From the IMG/VR virus record IMGVR_UViG_3300034161_000008, positions 128,001-192,000 of that record: a stretch of 64,000 nt of DNA. One strand, written 5' to 3'. Position 1 is the stretch's first letter. The number at the start of each line of letters is the position of its first letter. Of the stretch, positions 35,850 through 44,718 are shown piece after piece. The notes beneath the pieces were generated by a model. The model searched no databases, was not told the DNA's origin, and was given only the letters and a program-made list of their open reading frames with translations. A program made the position numbers and the translations under genes. Origin of the DNA: a virus. Its lineage: Duplodnaviria; Caudoviricetes.

Positions 35850-36833
35850 ATGGCTATTAAAGCAGTTATTGGTTTTGAGCACTTGCCTCAGAACGACGTC
35901 ACCTGGGCTAACTTTGCAACGCATGGTCTGACGCGAGCAGCGGACAGTTCGCTCAAGAGCGTAATTGTTAATGGTTGGATCGTTGACAAGGATACTGGTG
36001 GCTCGGCGTGCCGTTACAGCATCCCCCTGACCCAGTACATTCAAGCACCAGTTAACAAAATCTGGTTCAGCGTGCGCCTGCGTGTCAACCAGAACCCTAA
36101 CGGAGCGGCAGGTATTATCTACCTGAACAATTCGTATTTGGTGATCATCAACGAACTCCTCCCATTTGCACTGGGTACGGCGTATCACTTGGAGTTCAGT
36201 TACGATGTGACTACTGGTGTGATTGAGCGCTGGCTGAATGGCACCAAGATGTCGAACTCGACGTACAGTCCAGGCCCTGGCATTCGCGCCCTGACCTTTG
36301 GGTTGGAAGGGAAAGGCAGTGTGGCGGCCATGATCGACTGGCGCGATATCAACGTCGTCGATGACCAAGGTGTCTCGCTGGGCTTCCCAGTTGGTCCACT
36401 GGGGCCTCGTGAAGTTGTTCCAGTGACGTTTGATACCGTAGATGGTAGCGATTGGACCACCACCCCAAATGGCACTTCGTTGTTGACTGCGGTGAGCGAA
36501 CCCGGTAGTGACCCTACTGCCAAGTACGCAACATCCAACATCAATAGCAAAGGTCCTCTGACGGCCAGCATGATCGCTACTATCCCGGCTGGCAAGAACG
36601 TCGCAGCAATCGAAATGATTGCCACCGTTCAATCCAACGGCTCCGCTGCGGTCAACAACGCCACCAAGCTGAAGAAAGGTACAGATGAAGTGGCTGGCAG
36701 CTTTCTCAGTGCGCCATCGGGGTCGTGGAACTTCAACGCATCATTGGGTGTTTTCCATAAAGCACCCGGTGGTCAGAACTGGACCAACGCAACAATCGAC
36801 GCTACTAGCGTTGTATTGACGCCTGACGTCTAA
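35850..36833 (+). CDS. Lectin/ConA-like protein, copy 4
   Basis: IGFEH, YHLEF...WLNG, RDINVVDD...GPLGP, ends VLTPDV. Confidence 0.65.
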   Translation: MAIKAVIGFEHLPQNDVTWANFATHGLTRAADSSLKSVIVNGWIVDKDTGGSACRYSIPLTQYIQAPVNKIWFSVRLRVNQNPNGAAGIIYLNNSYLVIINELLPFALGTAYHLEFSYDVTTGVIERWLNGTKMSNSTYSPGPGIRALTFGLEGKGSVAAMIDWRDINVVDDQGVSLGFPVGPLGPREVVPVTFDTVDGSDWTTTPNGTSLLTAVSEPGSDPTAKYATSNINSKGPLTASMIATIPAGKNVAAIEMIATVQSNGSAAVNNATKLKKGTDEVAGSFLSAPSGSWNFNASLGVFHKAPGGQNWTNATIDATSVVLTPDV

Positions 36834-36844
36834 GGAGTAAAAGC

Positions 36845-37435
36845 ATGCCTACTCCAGTTAAATTAGGGTCGATTCAAGGTTACGCCTTGACTTCGTCTGC
36901 TGTTGCAATGCGGGTAGGAGCTATACAGGGGTACGCCTTGGTGCGTACTCCTAACCTCCCCAACTTCGCGCTGACTCTGTCTGCTGCGTTGCTTGCTGCG
37001 TTGAATAAACAATATCTGACAAGCTTTACAGCCACTCAGATTTCGTTTGGTCCACCAGTTGCATTGGTTAATGACCCGGACTACAACACCACCAGCTTGC
37101 TGACCACCAATCGTACGTCTGGCTACACTGGCAACAAGACCATGCGTTACAATCGCGTGGACTTCTCGCTGGCGTTGCAAGGTAAAGACCCTGCACTACC
37201 CACCACCGGTATGGGGTCTACGATTTGGACTTCGTTGGCAGCTATCAATACCAAATTTGGCTGGAGTCTGACGACGGCTGATGTTGTGGACAAACCCATC
37301 ACTGGGTTGACAGGTTTCAGTCTCGTTGCGACCGATACCAATCCGTTCATGATCCCTGGTTCGTTTGTGCGTATCGGCAATCAGATCCCAACCATGGCAA
37401 CGGCTTTCCCACAGGTCGAGATCTTCGCCTTCTAA
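36845..37435 (+). CDS. Adaptor paralog with N-terminal tandem repeat, short type
   Basis: LGSIQGYALT / VGAIQGYALV repeat; YNRVDF. Confidence 0.75.
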   Translation: MPTPVKLGSIQGYALTSSAVAMRVGAIQGYALVRTPNLPNFALTLSAALLAALNKQYLTSFTATQISFGPPVALVNDPDYNTTSLLTTNRTSGYTGNKTMRYNRVDFSLALQGKDPALPTTGMGSTIWTSLAAINTKFGWSLTTADVVDKPITGLTGFSLVATDTNPFMIPGSFVRIGNQIPTMATAFPQVEIFAF

Positions 37436-37460
37436 GTGCCGCGTGCACGGAGACATCACA

Positions 37461-38432
37461 ATGAGTATGCGCCACATTTTTGGCTTTGATCACATCCCGT
37501 TGGGGGCTGTCGATCTCTCCCAGTATTTCGATACACGTTTGGTTAACTACCTAGGTAACGGTGCCACTGCTGGCAGCACGGCATTGGCTGGTGGTTGGGT
37601 GTCCGGTGCAGGGACTTCTACCTTTCAATCCCTTGTGTTGCCAGTCTACAACGACACACCCACCCACATCGTGATTGGGTTTCGCGCTCGTTTGGCAAAC
37701 GCATTCAGCGCTACGTTGTCGACCCCGATGCAAATGGTGAATGGTTCCACGTTTACCTCCGTCGGTACGCAAGCTGAATTGGATGCCAGTCAGGTTAAAA
37801 CCTCGGCAGGGGATTACTTCAGTTACGATATCAACCTAGTCAGTGGCGTGATGCGCCGCTGGATTGGTAAATTGGAACTGCCGTCGATCACCTACACCCC
37901 GGCTAACTTGAAGGCTGCGATTTACCTCCTTTCAAGTCAAGCCTACAATAGCACCTACGCGGCCTATCAATTCCGCGACATCTACATCGGCGATAACTTC
38001 GACGGTATTGATGTCAACGTACTGGGTGATCGTGTGGTTAACTCGCTGCCGGTTAAATCTGCGGTCGGTGCTAACTGGGCTGCAACTGATGCAGGTCCGT
38101 TGGTCACTGCGCTGAACAAGGCATGGGTTACTGGTGCGACTGATGTTACTGCCAGTAACCTGGTGGATAATGGCGGGATTCGCGTTCAGTTCAACCAGCT
38201 CGGCGCTACCAGCGATATCGATGCCGTTCAAGTCGAAGCTGCTGGTGCTGTTGGTACGCCTACTACGGGCATCAAGATCGCTCGTGAGAACGACGCTACC
38301 GGCAAAACCTTTACGGCGGCGGCTGCTGTGAAGTGGGGTGCTCGCAGTCCTATCTACCAATTGAAATCTGATGGTTCGAAGATCACTGCTGTGGACTTCG
38401 CGTCGATGAATTTCGATATCTCTGGCGTTTAA
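37461..38432 (+). CDS. Lectin/ConA-like protein, copy 5
   Basis: GGAG RBS before ATG 37461; FGFDH; FRDIYIGD. Confidence 0.65.
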   Translation: MSMRHIFGFDHIPLGAVDLSQYFDTRLVNYLGNGATAGSTALAGGWVSGAGTSTFQSLVLPVYNDTPTHIVIGFRARLANAFSATLSTPMQMVNGSTFTSVGTQAELDASQVKTSAGDYFSYDINLVSGVMRRWIGKLELPSITYTPANLKAAIYLLSSQAYNSTYAAYQFRDIYIGDNFDGIDVNVLGDRVVNSLPVKSAVGANWAATDAGPLVTALNKAWVTGATDVTASNLVDNGGIRVQFNQLGATSDIDAVQVEAAGAVGTPTTGIKIARENDATGKTFTAAAAVKWGARSPIYQLKSDGSKITAVDFASMNFDISGV

Positions 38433-38442
38433 GGGGTAGACC

Positions 38443-39054
38443 ATGTCCCAAAAACTCAGGCAAGTCCATGCCCTAGTGTTGCGAGCACCACCACCGGGTG
38501 TCAGGTTGCGTCAAGTACATGCTCTGACTTTGGCAGGTCCTAACTCGTTGGGGATTGCTGCGGGTAAGAAAGCATCTGACGCATTGAAGGCTGCGATCAT
38601 GGCGACAGCGTCGACTGCCGGTAAGGCTATCCTCGCTACTGACTTCACAATGGAAGACCCGGTAGCTATTACCGGCGTCAAGAACACCAGCGTGAAGATC
38701 AACACCGCTAACATTGATGCAGTCACTGGTTCTCAGACGCTGCGTTACAACCGGAAGTCGTTAACGTCTGCTGCTTATCTCTTCACTACTGCTATTGAAG
38801 TGGGCACCACTGCCACCTCGGTACTGGCTGTGCTGAGTCAGATCAATGCCCTCACAGGCGTTGTGTTTGAAGCACGCGACTTTGAGGATACTGCGATTGG
38901 GGTTGGTGCTACTCAGGTCGCTCTGAAGGCAGCCACAACCTCGTACATCTTTATCCCAGGCACCACGCTTGTTATTCAGACTCACGCAACTTTCCCATCG
39001 CTGTCCGATCTGATTACACAACCACACCTCAGTGGTTTTACTCCTGCATCCTAA
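38443..39054 (+). CDS. Adaptor paralog with N-terminal tandem repeat, short type
   Basis: KLRQVHALVL / RLRQVHALTL repeat; YNRKSL; ends LSGFTPAS. Confidence 0.75.
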   Translation: MSQKLRQVHALVLRAPPPGVRLRQVHALTLAGPNSLGIAAGKKASDALKAAIMATASTAGKAILATDFTMEDPVAITGVKNTSVKINTANIDAVTGSQTLRYNRKSLTSAAYLFTTAIEVGTTATSVLAVLSQINALTGVVFEARDFEDTAIGVGATQVALKAATTSYIFIPGTTLVIQTHATFPSLSDLITQPHLSGFTPAS

Positions 39055-39060
39055 AGATGC

Positions 39061-39094
39061 GGCATAAAGCCGGGCCCGAAGCCCGGCCTTATGC
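39061..39094. terminator. Bidirectional terminator between convergent genes
   Basis: GCATAAAGCCGGGC-CCGAA-GCCCGGCCTTATGC. Confidence 0.8.
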
Positions 39095-39103
39095 TGTCAA
39101 CGA

Positions 39104-39628
39104 TTACTGAGCTGGGGTGAAGCCAGTCAGTTGGTCGTTGGCCACTGCGGTTTCCAACGGAACGTCGGTGTCAGCCAAGGTCAGAACGACCGAGTCATTG
39201 CCCACGTACAGCAGGGAGCCAGCAACGGCAGCCAGAGTGATCGAACCAGGGGTGGCTTCGTCAGCTGGCAGAACCAGATCAGAAACTTCCACGTCCGAAG
39301 CAACCAGGCCGAACAGTGCAACCAGCTGTGCTTTAACTTCAGCAGCGGTTGCAGCAGGATCAACAACAACACCAGCAGCGGCAGCAGCGGCGGCCGAAGC
39401 AGTACCGGTCAACACGCCCAGACGGGTGTAGTCAACGGTTTTGGTGCCGCTGAAGCCAGCGTTGGCAACAGCAGTGATCACGACTTGGGTGTTACGGCCG
39501 TTGGCGCCCGCGAAGACGCTTGGCACGCCAAAGGTAACTTTGGCAGGGGTCAGCGCGAGACCGTTGTTGTCGGCAATGATCTGGTCGACAAGGTTTTGGA
39601 CGGCGCTGTTTGCGGCATTGATAAGCAT
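39104..39628 (-). CDS. Virion fibre/adaptor family paralog, short acidic type
   Basis: GGAG RBS before ATG 39628; FGVP...RNTQ...GFSG...YTRL; ends LTGFTPAQ. Confidence 0.8.
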   Translation of the reverse strand: MLINAANSAVQNLVDQIIADNNGLALTPAKVTFGVPSVFAGANGRNTQVVITAVANAGFSGTKTVDYTRLGVLTGTASAAAAAAAGVVVDPAATAAEVKAQLVALFGLVASDVEVSDLVLPADEATPGSITLAAVAGSLLYVGNDSVVLTLADTDVPLETAVANDQLTGFTPAQ

Positions 39629-39710
39629 GATAAGCTCCATGGGCCATATAGACTTGCGACGGCAAGCCTCATAGAAATAGTAAAAACTTACTACTCTACC
39701 CCATAGAACC

Positions 39711-39745
39711 AAAAAAAAAAAGAGTGGGGACTCTTTCAAGCCCCC
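39711..39745 (-). terminator. Intrinsic terminator with T11 tail
   Basis: GGGGGCT-TGAAAG-AGTCCCC, then 11 T. Confidence 0.75.
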
Positions 39746-39760
39746 GTACCACCAAGATCG

Positions 39761-40435
39761 TTAGATCTTAGTAGTCTTTGATTCTTCATGCTCGCTGCGA
39801 TGCAATGCCAGACGGAATTCGATACCAGCCTTCCAGGTTAGTGTCGCACGAGCGCCGACCAAGAACGTAGTACCCAGCCAAGCCAGATACAGATCTTGTT
39901 CTTTGTCCGAGCCGTCTTTGGCTTTGGATTCTTCACGACCGGTGTTCACCCAGCTCCAGGTGCCACCAACCAATTCCAGCAGGTGCATGCGCTTGGCATG
40001 GTCTGCTCCGTTGCGACCGGCCAATACAAACAGGGCCAGCTCCAGGGACATCGACGAGTGGTCGACGGTCATTGCTTTGTAGCCTTCGGACTTCTTGATC
40101 AGACGTTCGTAAGCTTCGAGGTTGTATTCGTGGGCCAGGTCAGTCAGGCGCAGTGGTTGGCCTTCGTGCTGGGTTGCCAATGCTGGCGGGATGTCGACAG
40201 GTGTGTTGATCACGAGGTTAGGCTCCACTGGAAGGTAATGTTTAGTGGAAGAATCTACAACGTGTTCGCTGTGCTGGTATTCGTTGTCGTGTGCCAGCTT
40301 ATCGAGGGAGCCTTCTGCAAAGACTTTCGGTTGATCAGCATGGACGTGGTGAACGCCACCGGCTGCTGCTGCATCAAGTGCTTTAGCATTGTCGACGATA
40401 GTGCGTTTCTTGCGTTTGTACGATACAGCTACCAT
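39761..40435 (-). CDS. Hypothetical protein (224 aa)
   Basis: GAGGA RBS; basic N-terminal patch. Confidence 0.75.
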   Translation of the reverse strand: MVAVSYKRKKRTIVDNAKALDAAAAGGVHHVHADQPKVFAEGSLDKLAHDNEYQHSEHVVDSSTKHYLPVEPNLVINTPVDIPPALATQHEGQPLRLTDLAHEYNLEAYERLIKKSEGYKAMTVDHSSMSLELALFVLAGRNGADHAKRMHLLELVGGTWSWVNTGREESKAKDGSDKEQDLYLAWLGTTFLVGARATLTWKAGIEFRLALHRSEHEESKTTKI

Positions 40436-40494
40436 TCTTGAATTCCTCTAAGAGCGCAATTTAATCATGGTCTTAAATAACAAGGACCACCTTG

Positions 40495-40504
40495 GTGATA
40501 TGTG
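40495..40504 (-). promoter_or_regulatory. Putative early promoter variant (CACATATCAC)
   Basis: One mismatch to CACATATTAC; upstream of 40435. Confidence 0.45.
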
Positions 40505-40540
40505 GCTATAGGATTTTTTGATCCGATACAAAACGTATAC

Positions 40541-40650
40541 TATGAACTTACCTTACCGTCGGTTCTCCTTCTTGCAACAGACGACTGACGACTGCTCTGG
40601 CCAGTGGTTGAATGTCATTTATAGAGAGTCCATTGGGCTCTCTTTTTTAT
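40541..40650 (+). ncRNA. Candidate small RNA
   Basis: TATG at 40541, then a plus-strand hairpin AGAGAGTCC/GGGCTCTCT with T tract; no plus-strand gene ends here. Confidence 0.3.
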
Positions 40651-40655
40651 GCCGC

Positions 40656-40691
40656 AAAATAAAAGAGGCTGCCTTTTTAGGGGCAGCCTCT
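40656..40691 (-). terminator. Intrinsic terminator
   Basis: AGAGGCTGCC...GGCAGCCTCT followed by TTTTATTTT. Confidence 0.8.
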
Positions 40692-40697
40692 ATGCCA

Positions 40698-42077
40698 TTA
40701 GGCCTGTGCGGTTTTGTGAGCCATGTCCACATGAACTGCTTGACCAGAAGTCCCGGACTCGCGCTGTTCTTCAGCAGGAGCTGGGGTTTCTTTCGGCAGG
40801 CCGTATTCGTTGTTGAACGATACGAACACCCACTTGTCGTCTTGCAGTTCGCTCAGCGGGATTTCCGCCGTGGTGGTTGCAAAGCCCAGATCGACATCAA
40901 CGATCACGGACTCATCACCCACTTCGCTGACGATAACCTGAGTACCGATGTGTTCCAGTTGCAGGCGAACGCCTTTAGTGACTTTCGGAAGACGACGGAA
41001 CAACGTTTCGAACAGACTGACAGAAATCACAGCCAGCTCGCTTTCACCGGTAGGTACGAAGCCACCGTACACCAGACCGCCTTTGCACTCGTTGGCTTCG
41101 AAGTAGCGCGAGTCAGCACCCAGGAGACGATAAGTACCCAGCTGAACCGACAGATCAGGAAGACCGCTGATACGCAGTTCAGGATCGAAGGTTGAACGCA
41201 GCTCTACATCAGCACGAGCAACGTTGCTGTGGTGGTCAGCAATGTCGCTATCGGCCAGTTGCTGGTCGTCACCGGCCGGTGCACCCAGTTGACCAGTAAC
41301 CATGAAGTTCGGTACGGCAATAGCCGACAGAGGTTTGGCTTCGCGTTGACTGATTGGTCCTGCAATCAGGCGCTGGTTGATGCTGAACTCGGCGTTGTCC
41401 AGTTCTTTGCCATCGACGTGTACGAACAGACGGATGTCTTCACGATTGATGCTGATCAGCAGGGAGGCGTCCTCGCCATCTACTTGAAAGCCAGCATCGG
41501 CGATCGGGATTTCGATACGTACGAAATTGTCGTTCGCACGCAGACGTTCTTGCAGCGGGGAACACAGCTTGATGATTTCTTCTTGGTTCGTGATGTTCAT
41601 GTCGGGCTCGTCCGTCGTTGGTGGAGTCAGTTCCGCCGCAGGTGCATGCTCATTAACCCATTCAGCCATCTGCATCAGGGTAATGGTCGGTTCGCTGGCC
41701 ATCACATTTCCGCGTTCGTCGCGGAATTGGAAGGTCAACTTTTGGGTGCCGGTGTCAAAGAACGCCAGATCAACTGCTTCGATCTGATTGTAGTGCGTGA
41801 GCACCGTGCCGAGAGGCAGGCCTTCCAGCTTGCGCAGGAGACCAGCCACCTTTGCCGCTGGCGTCGGGCCGGGGGCAGAGATAGCATCAACAGCAACCCA
41901 GTCAGGACTGTAAGCCAGCTCGTAAGTTGGCACCCATTCCTTGTCGACCAGGTTTTCGTTGGTGTAGTAGTGCAGGGTATCGTTTTCACCCTTCTTGATG
42001 TACGTGCCTTCAGGCCAGCTTTCCAGCCGATAGGAGTGTCCACGTTCCAGGCCGTGCAGCGCTTGATTAAGATTCAT
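40698..42077 (-). CDS. Multidomain protein with an N-terminal DUF2829/Tad2-like domain
   Basis: MNLNQALHGLERGHSYRLESWPEGTYI...WVPTYELAYSPDWVAV fits the A-L-x3-G...R-x2-W...W-x-P...DW pattern. Confidence 0.6.
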   Translation of the reverse strand: MNLNQALHGLERGHSYRLESWPEGTYIKKGENDTLHYYTNENLVDKEWVPTYELAYSPDWVAVDAISAPGPTPAAKVAGLLRKLEGLPLGTVLTHYNQIEAVDLAFFDTGTQKLTFQFRDERGNVMASEPTITLMQMAEWVNEHAPAAELTPPTTDEPDMNITNQEEIIKLCSPLQERLRANDNFVRIEIPIADAGFQVDGEDASLLISINREDIRLFVHVDGKELDNAEFSINQRLIAGPISQREAKPLSAIAVPNFMVTGQLGAPAGDDQQLADSDIADHHSNVARADVELRSTFDPELRISGLPDLSVQLGTYRLLGADSRYFEANECKGGLVYGGFVPTGESELAVISVSLFETLFRRLPKVTKGVRLQLEHIGTQVIVSEVGDESVIVDVDLGFATTTAEIPLSELQDDKWVFVSFNNEYGLPKETPAPAEEQRESGTSGQAVHVDMAHKTAQA

Positions 42078-42826
42078 TATTGCTCTCCATGTACTTGAGT
42101 GGCTTTAACTTTAGCTTGCGCAGTGAATTGTTTGTCAGCAGGCGCCAGTTCGTAACGCACGCTGTTGACGCGGGAGAAGGTAACTTCGCCATCGCGAGGG
42201 TCAATAACCATTACGGTCAGGTCGGTGAGTTCGCCGCCTTCGGTGTAGTCATCGCCTGGATTATCGGTAGCCACAATTGCCCAGTCATCGCCATGGCTCA
42301 TTGCGCTCGCCGAGTAGAAGCCTTTGCGGACTTGCAATACTTCACCTGGGAAGAACGCACGTTGCTGCGATTGCAGTGGACCGAAGAAAGCTTTGAAGGC
42401 TTTCTCTGGAGTCAGTTGCTCGCTATCGTCGCCATGACCTTGGCCTTCTTTCTCAGGTAGCGACTGGCGGTAAAGCTCCAGTTGTTCGTCGCTGATGTAG
42501 AACTGGTTAGGCTTGTCTTGCGTCGGGGATTGCTTTTTGCTACGACCCAACACTCCGACGAAACGAACGCCTTCGTCATCAACGGTGCACCACGACTCGC
42601 CGCCTTGCTGGCCGGTGAGTACGTAGTCTTTGTCTTCGGTCAGGGTGCCGGGAATGGATGCAACAGCCTTGGCGGTGATTTCGCCGTCACGTACAATGAT
42701 CTGGCGAATCACGCAGCCTGGGTTATCACAGCGGTGCAACGATGCAAGTACATCCTCGCGGGTACGTGGCTTACCCACACCCATCAGACCGTCGAGGAGT
42801 TCCATGATACGTGGTTGGTTAGTCAT
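42077..42826 (-). CDS. Hypothetical protein (249 aa)
   Basis: RBS and TAATG coupling. Confidence 0.75.
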   Translation of the reverse strand: MTNQPRIMELLDGLMGVGKPRTREDVLASLHRCDNPGCVIRQIIVRDGEITAKAVASIPGTLTEDKDYVLTGQQGGESWCTVDDEGVRFVGVLGRSKKQSPTQDKPNQFYISDEQLELYRQSLPEKEGQGHGDDSEQLTPEKAFKAFFGPLQSQQRAFFPGEVLQVRKGFYSASAMSHGDDWAIVATDNPGDDYTEGGELTDLTVMVIDPRDGEVTFSRVNSVRYELAPADKQFTAQAKVKATQVHGEQ

Positions 42827-42852
42827 TCTACTGCTTCCTTCTATCGGTAGGG

Positions 42853-42884
42853 CATAGGAAGAGAGGCCATCCAGCCTCTCTCCT
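42853..42884 (-). terminator. Hairpin terminator
   Basis: TAGGA(A)GAGAGGC...GCCTCTCTCCTA flanked by TATGCC. Confidence 0.6.
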
Positions 42885-42892
42885 AAGTTTGA

Positions 42893-43189
42893 TTATTGGT
42901 TGTCTTGATCGATTTTTGTTTCTTGAACGATGCGCGCTGCTTCATCCAGAAGCTTAAACGAATCATCCGCAGGGTTTTCGTACTCGATGTAGATACCATC
43001 TTTCCCGCCTTCGTAATCAGGGCGCTTGATGGTGGGGTTGAAACGGTCGAAGCACAAATTGTTGGCGCACTCAATGATCGTAGCACCATCCTTGTGGGCC
43101 TGGTAAATCACGTCATAGAGATTTGAAGGTGCTGCATTAGCTGCCGAAGAAACGAGAGCCATTGCAACGAACAACGATTTGATTTTCAT
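42893..43189 (-). CDS. Exported protein with Sec signal peptide
   Basis: MKIKSLFVAMALVSSAANA-A signal; Cys pair CANNLC. Confidence 0.75.
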   Translation of the reverse strand: MKIKSLFVAMALVSSAANAAPSNLYDVIYQAHKDGATIIECANNLCFDRFNPTIKRPDYEGGKDGIYIEYENPADDSFKLLDEAARIVQETKIDQDNQ

Positions 43190-43207
43190 GAAGCAGGTCC
43201 TTAGCCA

Positions 43208-43852
43208 TCAGGGCTTGGGAGGTATGTTAAAGTAGGCGTCCGCCCACTCCTTGAGTTGTTTCCGTACACTCTCCACATCACCGGTAGCGTCAATACGCAC
43301 CATGCGGTGAGGATTCTTTCTGAATCGTTCTTCGTAACCACGCTGTACGCGTCTGAAGAAATCCAACGATTCTTGGTCAAGTCTGTCAGCCTTACCACTA
43401 CGACCCGCTAAACGTTTCATGCGAAGCTTTAGCGGAGCAGCAAAGTACAACGTGACGTCAGGTTCGAACCCGTTCAACACGATGCGCTCTAACAGTCTTA
43501 CTTCCTTACGAAACCCACGACCCACGGCTTGATACGCCCACGACGAATCGGAGAAGCGATCGCACAAGACAGTGTTGCCTTGTTGCATGTGTGGTTCGAT
43601 CACGCCTTTTACATGTTGCGAGCGAGCTGCCCACATCAGTAAGAGTTCAGTGTGTTCTGTAAGTTGTTCTTGCGTACTTGGACGTGGCATCAACAGCTGC
43701 TCTCGAAACTGCTCAGCGATTGGTGTACCGCCAGGCTCACGAGTTCGGATACACGGCACCCCATTTTCCTTGAGGTAGTCAAATAGCCAATACAAGCCAG
43801 TGGTTTTGCCAGCCCCGTCGGGACCTTCAACTGTAATGAATTTACCCGACAT
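43208..43852 (-). CDS. tmk: Thymidylate (dTMP) kinase
   Basis: FITVEGPDGAGKTT, TREPGGT, LCDRFSDSSWAYQ, PDVTLY, RIDA. Confidence 0.95.
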   Translation of the reverse strand: MSGKFITVEGPDGAGKTTGLYWLFDYLKENGVPCIRTREPGGTPIAEQFREQLLMPRPSTQEQLTEHTELLLMWAARSQHVKGVIEPHMQQGNTVLCDRFSDSSWAYQAVGRGFRKEVRLLERIVLNGFEPDVTLYFAAPLKLRMKRLAGRSGKADRLDQESLDFFRRVQRGYEERFRKNPHRMVRIDATGDVESVRKQLKEWADAYFNIPPKP

Positions 43853-43863
43853 GACGCTTTACC

Positions 43864-44277
43864 TTAGTACGATTGGTACTCGGTACTAAAGCCCGAGTCT
43901 CTGTCAAAGAACATGCCTTCGATACGAAAGTAATCAATCAAACCTTCGCACTTCGATTGCATGAAGACTGGATACAGACAACGCATCAGTCTGGAACTGA
44001 ATGCTCGTATCCCGAGACACTTCAGTGCCTCTTGTGACCAGCTGGTGACTAACTTGAAAGCTATCTTGCACAAGTTACCACCGATCTGCATTGAGATCCA
44101 ACCCCAGCGATGCTCAGGACGAATCACAAAGTTTTTAGCTTCGAGCACAATCCCAACTCCGGGGACTACCTCGATTCTGCGAAGGAAGGGCGCGTATCCG
44201 AATCGCGCTTCTATCGCATTATGACGACGGTTGGCGGCAGTGGTCCTCACTTTTCGCCGTTCCTTTATCTCGTCCAT
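43864..44277 (-). CDS. Hypothetical basic protein
   Basis: AGGGA RBS; in operon. Confidence 0.7.
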   Translation of the reverse strand: MDEIKERRKVRTTAANRRHNAIEARFGYAPFLRRIEVVPGVGIVLEAKNFVIRPEHRWGWISMQIGGNLCKIAFKLVTSWSQEALKCLGIRAFSSRLMRCLYPVFMQSKCEGLIDYFRIEGMFFDRDSGFSTEYQSY

Positions 44278-44287
44278 TGCTTATTCC

Positions 44288-44653
44288 CTACAGCTCGTCT
44301 GGTTTTATGTTCAATGGCTGACGAGGCAACCACATCACACGCCCATTTTCTTCAATGTGTTTGTACAGCTTCCCGTTAGAGCGTTCACGGATGATCAAGA
44401 ACGTTGGTGTCTCTGGTAGCGTCACCTCCTCGCTGCTGATACCGTCAGGACGACCTACTGGTGCGCAGATGCGCGTCAGATCAGGATCATCCAGCTTAGG
44501 CAAAGCGTTAGCTCGCCAGCCTTCGACGTTATACAGTGTTCGGCTATTGTCTAGTCCCAAGAAGCAGACCATAGGTTGCTTTGGATCAAACCAGTCAGTG
44601 ACTAGTTTCTTGGGCTTGAGTGGAGCCCGACCCGGCAACGTTAGTGTAGACAT
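44288..44653 (-). CDS. Hypothetical protein
   Basis: AAGGA RBS; first gene after the promoter motif. Confidence 0.7.
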   Translation of the reverse strand: MSTLTLPGRAPLKPKKLVTDWFDPKQPMVCFLGLDNSRTLYNVEGWRANALPKLDDPDLTRICAPVGRPDGISSEEVTLPETPTFLIIRERSNGKLYKHIEENGRVMWLPRQPLNIKPDEL

Positions 44654-44677
44654 TGTTACGTCCTTATTTCAAAGCAG

Positions 44678-44718
44678 AATAAAACCCCCGAACACTAGAT
44701 TAGTCTAATGCTCGGGTT
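44678..44718 (-). terminator. Long hairpin at the end of the virion operon
   Basis: CCCGAGCATTAGA-CTAA-TCTAGTGTTCGGG, 13 bp including G-U pairs, then GGTTTTATT. Confidence 0.6.

Noticed and set aside
25683-39628. Invertible segment bounded by oppositely oriented paralogs
   Set aside because: The end genes are similar only at protein level; no DNA inverted repeats or invertase seen
26283-39739. Track start codons at 819, 5270, 7450, 12082, 13531, 25081, 26283, 37365, 39739 and 46747
   Set aside because: They cross terminators or upstream genes; downstream starts have better RBS or coupling and match paralog N-termini
40518-41195. 225-aa plus-strand ORF as a real gene
   Set aside because: Runs through two terminators and antisense to 40698-42077; no RBS
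740-43852. Hypermodified-base DNA pathway (thyA, tmk, HD as DatZ-like)
   Set aside because: thyA and tmk look canonical; no PurZ, hydroxymethylase, glycosyltransferase or deaminase in the window
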